NCBI GenBank assembly: GCA_003427395.1
Contig: BFEA01000042.1
Location: 4,018,439 to 4,071,082, forward strand
DNA: 52,644 bases
Direction of reading: 5' to 3'
Source: Chara braunii
Lineage: Eukaryota; Plantae; Charophyceae
Below, one piece after another: positions 44,335-52,644 of this stretch (position 1 is its first letter; the number at the start of each line of letters is the position of its first letter). The notes beneath the pieces were generated by a model. The model did not search any database and was not told where the DNA came from. It worked only from the letters and a program-made list of their open reading frames with translations. A program made the translations under genes and the position numbers.

Positions 44335-44452
44335 TAAAAAATAAAAAATCATTGAAGCTGACCGGTCCAGACCCAGGTGGTCTCGAACTTGAGTCTGATT
44401 CGGAGTCTGATTCGGATTTCAACAGTCCAGGGTGGGTGTACCAACTGAAGGC
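44191..44452 (-). mobile_element. tRNA-derived SINE, family A, interrupted by an (AAT)n array
   Basis: AAGGGCGGCGGCCTTAAGATATCATCA|[AAT]n|TTGAAGCTGACCGG...TTTCAACAG...GGGTGTACCAACTGA. Confidence 0.65.
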
Positions 44453-44724
44453 ATACTCACGCGAATACCTTTTTTTTTCTACTGAGCTCTAGGCGTCATT
44501 GCGGTCAGGTGCATGCCGCCGTGGGCGTGATTCCAGTCAGATTCATTTAGAAAAGTGCTAGTGTGAGTATGCCCTGAGCTAGTCTCATTGGCAACCCGCA
44601 CTTGTGTCGCCCTCCCTCATCTTGGAAACGTACCCACCGCTTGAAAAAAATAAATTGGGGGAAAAAAAAAAATCGGACGTAACTACCACCGCTTTGTATT
44701 CTCTTGAAATGTCAGCGGAGTGTT

Positions 44725-45110
44725 TGCCTCCCTCTCCCTCTCCCTCTTCCTCTCTCTCTCTCTCCCCCTCCCTCTCTCCTCTCTCTCTTTCTCTCTCTCC
44801 TCTCGCTCTCCCTCTCGCTCTCCCTCTCTCCCTCTCCCCCTCTCCCTCTTCCTTTCCCTCTCTCTCTCTCACCTCTTGCCCTCCCTCTCTCCTCTCGCTC
44901 TCCCTCTCTCCTCTCGCTCTCCCTCTCTCCTCTCGCTCTCCCTCTCTCTCCTTGTCATTTCGTTCTCCCCACTCAACTCACGCCGTGAGCGGCATATTCC
45001 CTTCAAGTGAGGAGAACGAAGTGGGGAGAGCGAGAGGAGAGAGAGGGCGAGCGAGAGGAGAGAGAGAGGGAAAGCGAGAGGAGAGAGAGAGGGAGAACGA
45101 GAGGAGAGAC
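44725..45110. repeat. Inverted CT-rich and GA-rich simple-repeat arms
   Basis: TCTCCTCTCGCTCTCCCTC array followed by its complement GAGCGAGAGGAGAGAG. Confidence 0.7.
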
Positions 45111-45297
45111 GGATAAGATGAGTGATCTGGATAAGATGAGTGATCTGGAGGAATAGTCGTTGAGGAAAATTTTCATTTTCTAAATGATTTTGAAAATTTT
45201 CTGAAGGTACGAGAGAACGAAATTTTTTTTTTAATTAGTAAAGAAAAAAAAAGGTCCATCGCGAGCCAGAGGAAGTACGAACGGACCTCAGAGGACG

Positions 45298-45329
<32 letters not shown>

Positions 45330-45901
45330 GACGCCTCCTCCTCCTTGACCCACACCTGTAAATCGCCGGCAGGCAGGTTTTCCTCTCTCCCTCTCTCCCT
45401 CCCCTTGCCCTCTAGCGGAGCTGCAGCAGGCAACCATTTGTAAATCTAACGGATCAAGTCTTCTTCTTCTTCTCCTCCTCTTCTCCTCTTCTTCTTCTCT
45501 TCTTCTTCTCTTCTTCGTATTCTTCGGCTTCGTCTTCGTCGTCTTCTTCTTCTTTTTCTTCTTCTTCTTGATCGACTTTTCTTCCTCTTTTTAGTTTTTC
45601 GGTACCCTTCGTCTTGTTCGGCAAACTTTGAAGCGTACCCTCCTTTCTTTCTCGGAGTGGGAACTCTCAGCAAGAAGGGCAACATCGCAACGTGCCTTTC
45701 TACGTCGTGTGCGCTCCGCCCGAATCACTGCTGTTCGCGAGTGAGCGGTGGAAGTACTGGACGCACCTGGCTACAAATACAGCCAAATTCAGTTAAGAAA
45801 GTGCGGGTGCACCTGACCTTTGAATCTGGAAGAAGACCAATGGAGTATAGGTGTCGCATATATTTAAATAGGCCTGTCTTTTTTTGTATTTGTCTGCGCA
45901 G

Positions 45902-45935
<34 letters not shown>

Positions 45936-46888
45936 NNNNNNNNNNNNNNNNNNNNNNNNNNNNNNNNNNNNNNNNNNNNNNNNNNNNNNNNNNNNNNNNN
46001 NNNNNNNNNNNNNNNNNNNNNNNNNNNNNNNNNNNNNNNNNNNNNNNNNNNNNNNNNNNNNNNNNNNNNNNNNNNNNNNNNNNNNNNNNNNNNNNNNNNN
46101 NNNNNNNNNNNNNNNNNNNNNNNNNNNNNNNNNNNNNNNNNNNNNNNNNNNNNNNNNNNNNNNNNNNNNNNNNNNNNNNNNNNNNNNNNNNNNNNNNNNN
46201 NNNNNNNNNNNNNNNNNNNNNNNNNNNNNNNNNNNNNNNNNNNNNNNNNNNNNNNNNNNNNNNNNNNNNNNNNNNNNNNNNNNNNNNNNNNNNNNNNNNN
46301 NNNNNNNNNNNNNNNNNNNNNNNNNNNNNNNNNNNNNNNNNNNNNNNNNNNNNNNNNNNNNNNNNNNNNNNNNNNNNNNNNNNNNNNNNNNNNNNNNNNN
46401 NNNNNNNNNNNNNNNNNNNNNNNNNNNNNNNNNNNNNNNNNNNNNNNNNNNNNNNNNNNNNNNNNNNNNNNNNNNNNNNNNNNNNNNNNNNNNNNNNNNN
46501 NNNNNNNNNNNNNNNNNNNNNNNNNNNNNNNNNNNNNNNNNNNNNNNNNNNNNNNNNNNNNNNNNNNNNNNNNNNNNNNNNNNNNNNNNNNNNNNNNNNN
46601 NNNNNNNNNNNNNNNNNNNNNNNNNNNNNNNNNNNNNNNNNNNNNNNNNNNNNNNNNNNNNNNNNNNNNNNNNNNNNNNNNNNNNNNNNNNNNNNNNNNN
46701 NNNNNNNNNNNNNNNNNNNNNNNNNNNNNNNNNNNNNNNNNNNNNNNNNNNNNNNNNNNNNNNNNNNNNNNNNNNNNNNNNNNNNNNNNNNNNNNNNNNN
46801 NNNNNCTTTAATTGAGAAAAGGAAAGGAAAAAAAGAAGAACAAAAGAAGAAAAAAAGAAAAAAAAAAAAAAAGAAAAAAAAAAAGAAA

Positions 46889-47724
46889 CACAAAACAACA
46901 TAGAGAGATGGCACACCACATCTGGTGGGAACAGGACAGGTCAAGTCAGGTCAGAACAGTACTTATATACTGTTATAGATCTGTACATCTGCACCTAAGA
47001 CCCTCCTCTGTGCACCTGCACGGATTCGAACCGGCGTCCTCTGGCTTCAAGAAGAGAGGCAAGTCTCGTATTAACCACTACAGCCGGGTCAGGTCAGGCT
47101 GGGCCAGGGTCTCTTATAACCAGTACAGCCGTGTCAGGTCAGAACAGGTCAGGCTGGGTCAGGTCAGAACAGGTCAGGTCAGGTCAGGTCAGGTCAGGTC
47201 AGGAAAAAAGAACAAAAGAAGAACAAAAGAAAAGGAAAGGAAAGAAGAAGAACAAAAGAAAAAACTCGAAAAAAGAACCACAAAACAACATACAGCGATG
47301 GCACACCACATCTGATGGGAACAGGACAGGTCAAGTCAGGTCAGAACAGATCTGGTCAGAACAGTACTATATACTGTTATAGATCTGTACATCTGTGCCT
47401 AAGGCCCTCATCCGTGAACCTGCACGGATTCGAACAGGCGTCCTTGGCCTGCGCCTAAGGCCATCCTCCGTGCACCTGCACGGATTCGAACCGACGTCCT
47501 CGGCCTCAGGAAGAGAGGCAAGTCTCGTATAACCACTACAGCCGGGTCGGGTCAGGCTGGGTCAGGGTCTCTTATAACCAGTACAGCCGTGTCAGGCCAG
47601 AGAACAGGTCAGGCCGTGTCAGGTCGGAACAGGTCAGGTCAGGTCAGGTCAGGTCAGGTCAGGTCAGATCAGGTCAGGTCAGGTCAGATCAGGTCAGGCT
47701 GGGTCAGGTCAGAACAGGTCAGGC
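46889..47724. repeat. ~400-bp tandem duplication with (GGTCA)n arrays and embedded tRNA-like heads on the minus strand
   Basis: The unit starting CACAAAACAACATA..G.GATGGCACACCACATCTG.TGGGAACAGG occurs twice. Minus strand shows GGCTGTAGTGGTTA...GGTTCGAATCC. Confidence 0.75.
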
Positions 47725-48084
47725 TGTCGGATAAGAGCAGGACCAGAATGGTGGGAACAAATGACCTGATCATGATATAGAGAAAGGAAGGGAAGGCGTA
47801 CTATATCCAATCTAACAATCAAATTGTTTCAGTCTGTGCTTTCTACCTTGTGAAAAAGAAGAAGATTAGATCAGTAGAAGCAATCAGTAGTGCATGTTAA
47901 CAGCACGGAGCGGGAGATGATGCTGTGTCCATGAACATATCGGTTTTGCCACACTGGTAATAGTACAGAAGCAAATGTAGCATGTACTCAACAACAGCAA
48001 ATTCAATCATCTGCAGATTTAATAATCATCAGCAAATGTAATGATCATTGATTGGCAAATTTAGTCGCCTGTCATTGTCATGAA

Positions 48085-48515
48085 GATGATTAGATTAGAT
48101 GGAGATGATTAGATTGGATTACACTTAGACTAGATTTAGATTAAATTAGATTAGATTAGATTAGACTTAAGACTCGATTTAGATTAGATTAGATTAGATT
48201 ACATTAGAGTAGATTAGATTAGATTAGATTAGATTTGACGAGAGCAAACGTAGCACAGATCAGCAGGTTATAGTCTGTTTTAGATAGATTAGATTAGATT
48301 AGATTTTAGATTAGATGAGATTAGATTAGATTAGATTAGATTAGATTAGATTTGACGAGAGCAAACGTAGCACAGATCAGCAGGTTATAGTCTGTTTTAG
48401 ATAGATTAGATTAGATTAGATTTTAGATTAGATGAGATTAGATTAGATTAGATTAGATTAGATTAGATTTGACGAGAGCAAACGTAGCACAGAGCAGCAG
48501 GTTATAGTCTGATTT
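48085..48515. repeat. (TTAGA)n array with ~118-bp higher-order unit (x3)
   Basis: GATTTGACGAGAGCAAACGTAGCACAGA.CAGCAGGTTATAGTCTG occurs three times, separated by TTAGA runs. Confidence 0.85.
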
Positions 48516-49091
48516 TGACATGATCAGCAAGCAGATGATGCTATTTTTGGAAGCAGATTAGATTAGTGAAAAGCAATTAGAAACACTCCGCCTACAGTGT
48601 TCGTGGGACTTGAATGTATACAACAGTCCCAATGCTCACCGAGGCTGAGAGGAAATATAATATATTTAAATGATGGTCTTTCACTGATTAATAAGTTTTA
48701 TTATAACTTTTTTCCAAGAGGGGTAAAAGCACAGGCTATCTGACAGTTAATCCTCCACCACCTCCTCATGGGAGCGATCAATATTGGTCAGGGGTCCTTC
48801 TGTCTAAGTCGAAGCTGAAGGAAGCTTGATGGACTGGGTGTGTTAATGTTTCGCTCTCTTTTTTAATGTGCTGGTGGGCTGGAACGGGACTGATGCTCCC
48901 CACAGTGGATAGGGAGTCAGGGGGGGGGGACCACACGGACCTGTTTCAACAACGAGAACAAGGAGAATGGATTAGATTTTGCTATTTGTAAGTGATACTA
49001 TTTTTAGCATGATCTGAGAATGAGATTGCTATAGTTAACATGATCAGAGAACCTGATGCTATGTTTCGCATGGTTGGCGAATGAGATTGCT

Positions 49092-49551
49092 TTTTTTTTC
49101 TTTTAAACAACACTATGCTTCCTACCACTACTCCTAAGACTATATAGAGGGGACCCCTGCAAGCATAGGGCCTCGCAAACGAGGTAATTCATGTTGCCCC
49201 CCGCCCCAACAGTGGTAGTCAGAGATGGGGTGGGGCCGCCGGTGGGGGTCCGGCTAATGCAAAGACCGAGCATTTTGCCAGTAGCTGCGCCTCCTATTCT
49301 AATCATCCCTCACCCCTCATCGAGTAGCAGCAGAGGCTATGGCCAACACTCTCCCACACACCACACACAATCCACTCGCGCTGACACTCACACTTGTGTT
49401 GGTCATAGAGCCCACTAATACCGATCAAGGGTACCCAGAGGACTATCACAGTCCGTTGGCACTAAGTGCACCGCAGGCGGCCATGGGGCTTGAACCCACA
49501 ACCGCCTGAATGCCACTTGCGTGCCTAACCAACTGAGCTAGGCCGCTGGAT
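49092..49551 (-). mobile_element. tRNA-derived SINE, family C (~460 bp), with A-tail and 8-bp TSD
   Basis: Reverse complement GCGGCCTAGCTCAGTTGGTTAGGCAC...GGGTTCAAGCCCC; T-run at 49091-49104; AGATTGCT at 49084-49091 and 49552-49559. Confidence 0.72.
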
Positions 49552-49912
49552 AGATTGCTATTTTAGGATGGTGGATAGAATGAGGATTGCTATTTTTAGG
49601 ATAGTTTGAGAATGAGATTGCTATTTCAAACATGATCTCAGAATCTGATGATATTTTTTTAGCATGATCATATTGCTGAGGCCTCAACAACCTTATCGGA
49701 TGGGTTTTTCGGTGGCAGCAGCAACAGATTGCTATTTTTTTAAAACATGATCTGAAAACCTGATGCTATTTTTAACTTGATATGAGAAGCTGATGCTATT
49801 TTTAGCATGATTCTATTGCTGATGCTATTTTTATCCTGATTAGATTGTTGATGCTATTCTTAGCAATGATTAGTTGTTGATGCTACTTTTAGCATGATTA
49901 GATTCTTGATGC

Positions 49913-50769
49913 TGCAATCAGACTCGTTCTCAAACACACTTTTCATGCATGTAAACAGCAATGCAGTATACTGGCGACATGCGCCTACTCAAAACTCAGA
50001 GATATGACTTTCAGATACGAGTTCACTCTCAATTGGCTATGGCGACTTCAGCGCCCAAACATCTCACTGTTCACATACACTGGATCACCCTGGATATCCC
50101 ACATGCATCACTCTAACACTCGAGCACACACACACACTCACTACTAACTACAGCTATGGCAACTATGGCTGCCTCTAACCTATTGCTATGCTAACTCCTC
50201 CTCTCTTGCCCACTGCGTCCTCCGGGCTCATCCGCAGACCTCCGTGCACAAGTCGCTGTGGCAGCGCTTCCGCATGGCTCACGCCGGAATGAATGCATGG
50301 CTGGGCGCTGCCTCTTGATTTATACTTCAGAAACTCGTTGGTCTGCCCTTTGCCATCGGCCCTTGGTGCTCACAGTCCCCCTGTGGTACTTGCTGGACTG
50401 GACTGGGACTGACTGGACCTTCCGCTGACTGACTGTGGACTCACCGCTATCCCACCGACGTTGTATTGCTGTTGCACTGCGATTTAGTTCACCACTTGCC
50501 TCACCACTTGACCACTTGCCCGCTTGCCTACCTTCTAGAAGGTCTACAGCTAAGCTTCCGAAACTCACTAAGACTCCTACGCTATAGACCTACAGATCGA
50601 ACCCCTGCTGCCTATGGACCTACAACAGGCCGACCAACTGCCTACGAATACACAGGTCACAGGTTCAATTCTCGGGTTCTATACAGATACTGTACATGGG
50701 TAGGGTGAGGTCTAGAGATCGAACCCTGGGTACTGCATCCNCNACTGCNAAAANGTGAAAACCGTTTCA
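49913..50769 (-). repeat. Putative 3' LTR of the Gypsy element
   Basis: Minus strand shows a purine-rich AGGACGGCGNGAG, then TGAAAC at 50769, and TATAAA at ~50320. Composition changes near 49913 (…ATTGCA). The distal boundary is uncertain. Confidence 0.4.
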
Positions 50770-50807
50770 CTCNCGCCGTCCTAAATTCGAGGTCCTCCGA
50801 GAAAATT

Positions 50808-52644
50808 TCAGTCCAAGGCGGGACCTTTACCTTTCTTGTCACGCTCATAGGCTCTAACTATGTCGGGAGCAGTCTCTAGAAGTTCTGCTTTCGTGAACCA
50901 GCGGTCGTCTTCCGGTTCCTGATAGGCAAACCGGACTTTATATTGTTTCTGGGGACGACCTCTACCTCCTGTCCTAAACACATCCTCTTCTACAATGCCC
51001 TCGATGTCATAGCTCCCATCCATATCCGGTGGGATCATGGATCTCCTGGAAGGGAACTGTTGACTAGTGACACACGGTAGTAGCTTCGAAGCATGGAACA
51101 CAGGGTATGTGTGGAGGTGTGCTGGAATCTCAATGCTGTAGGACGGTCCATCCTCTCCGCCCTTGACTTCTAGAACCGGCCACGGTCCTCTATATGCAGG
51201 CAGTAACTTCTGCGAGATGTTTTCTTCCGGTGCAAACTCTTTTGCCTTGACCCAGACTAAGTCGCCTACTTGAAACTGTGATGGGCGACGGTGCTTGTTA
51301 GCCTGCTCTATCATTCTGTGCTGGGCCTTCCGAAGGTTCTCAGTGGCTAACTCCTTTTCGTGCTGTAGTCCAAACTCCCTGGTACCGGGCGGTAATCTGT
51401 GAATCCGATCCCGGTTCAGTCCTTCGAACGGTCCGCGCGGTTTAAAGGACTTGTGCTATTCATTGGGAGTGCGGCAGGTGGATAGATGCATGCTGTTGTT
51501 GTACGGAGTAGCGACCTTGGGCAACATCTCATCCCAGTTGATCTGATCTGGTATAATATACATGCGCAAAACTTGTTGTAGGATCTTGTTCATCTGTTCT
51601 GTCTGACCGTTAGTCTCTGGGTGACGGCCGGACGACATTAACAACTTAGATCCGTAGACTCTCATGAGTTCTTGCCAGTTCTGGCTGGTGAAACGACTAT
51701 CTCTATCACTAACTATTGACAATGGGATTCCATTCTCACTAACCCAAAACTCAAAGAACTTTTGTATTACTAAATTTGTACGTGCCTCTGCAGGCAAAGA
51801 AACAAAAATTGCATACTTACTAAAACGGTCGACTATGACCATGACTTGGCTCTTACCATATCTGCTCTTGACTTGTGTGTCCATGAAGTCTATGGACACT
51901 GAGTCTCCCGGCTGATCCGGAATAGGCAAGGGTCTGAGAAGACCTAGGGGCGCGCGTGTAGTAGATTTGTTTCGCTGGCATACTTTACAACTGCGGACAT
52001 ACTCTATGCAGTCGTTCTTCATCCCTGGCCATGTGTACGCACGCATCAGATTGGTTAACGTCTTTTGCCAACCGAAGTGTCCCTCAGTATCGTGACATTC
52101 CCCTAGAATTAGACTACGAATCTCTTCGCTATTGGAAACACACAGGCGGTCAATCACATTAGTCTTCTCAAACAGCAACCCGTCTGTAGTGCGGTAATCT
52201 GGTTCGGTCTCTGGGGCCTCTCTAACTCTCTTTAGGAGGTCGCTATAGATAGGGTCCTGCGTATACGCTTGTTTCACTTTCTCCTGCAGGTCTCATCCTA
52301 TATCCAGATAATGTACTACGGCTCCAAAGTAGTCTGATCTCCTACTTAGGGCATCCGCCACTACATTGTACTTGCCCTTCACTAGCTTGAGCTCAAAGTC
52401 GAAACGGTCTATCTCTGCGGCCCACCTGGTCAACTTAGGTGTCATCTTGGCCTGGGTCTTCAACCATCTAAGTGTTTCATGGTCGGAGTAGACTTTGAAG
52501 TGCCTCCCAAGCAGGTAGTGCTTCCAATGGTCTAAAGCCTGCATGAGGGCGTAGAGTTCTCTTTCGTACGTGGAGGTAGCGACTTTCTCACAAGGCATCC
52601 TCGCGGACATGAACTCTACGGGTCTATAGCCATTGCCGTCATCT
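50808..52644 (-). mobile_element. Ty3/Gypsy (chromovirus-type) pol 3' part: RNase H, integrase, chromodomain; two in-frame stops
   Basis: RNase H: TYERELYAL, YSDHETL, NVVADALSR. Integrase: H-H-C-C zinc finger, SIDF, VSDRDSRF, HPETNGQTE, and the GPY/F-like YRGPW. Chromodomain: YDIEGIV...YKVRFAYQEPEDDRW. All three ORFs share one frame, split by stops at 52293 and 51456. Confidence 0.95.

Noticed and set aside
42820-48515. Repeat-spacer-like arrays (AGCTTGTCTATA minisatellite; 118-bp TTAGA units) considered as CRISPR or telomere
   Set aside because: The spacers are not unique, there are no cas genes, the context is eukaryotic, and TTAGA is not the plant TTTAGGG repeat.

Overview
Repeat-rich eukaryotic genomic window from a draft assembly with about nine N-gaps and many expanded homopolymers and microsatellites. 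The plant-type U6 sequence, the plant-type Sec24 and the style of the TE proteins suggest a green-lineage genome, most plausibly a charophyte alga such as Chara; this is an inference. The only clear host gene is an intronless Sec24 (COPII coat) CDS at 6359-10021. Large mobile elements are: (i) an apparently complete but decayed ~11.7 kb tyrosine-recombinase (DIRS-order, PAT/kangaroo-like) retrotransposon at 28299-40001, with A1-[ORFs]-B1-A2-B2 split direct repeats, RT/RNaseH/methyltransferase-like domains on the minus strand and an antisense tyrosine recombinase; (ii) a decayed PIF/Harbinger transposon at ~21.1-24.8 kb; (iii) the 3' half of a chromodomain Ty3/Gypsy element at the right edge. 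Small elements are four U6 snRNA retrocopies, several tRNA-derived SINE families, a TA-flanked ~105-bp hairpin MITE family, and a dispersed hammerhead-ribozyme-like motif (at least 5 copies) whose core appears to be sequestered by its own 3' flank. Most other ORFs in the track are artefacts of simple repeats or N-gaps.
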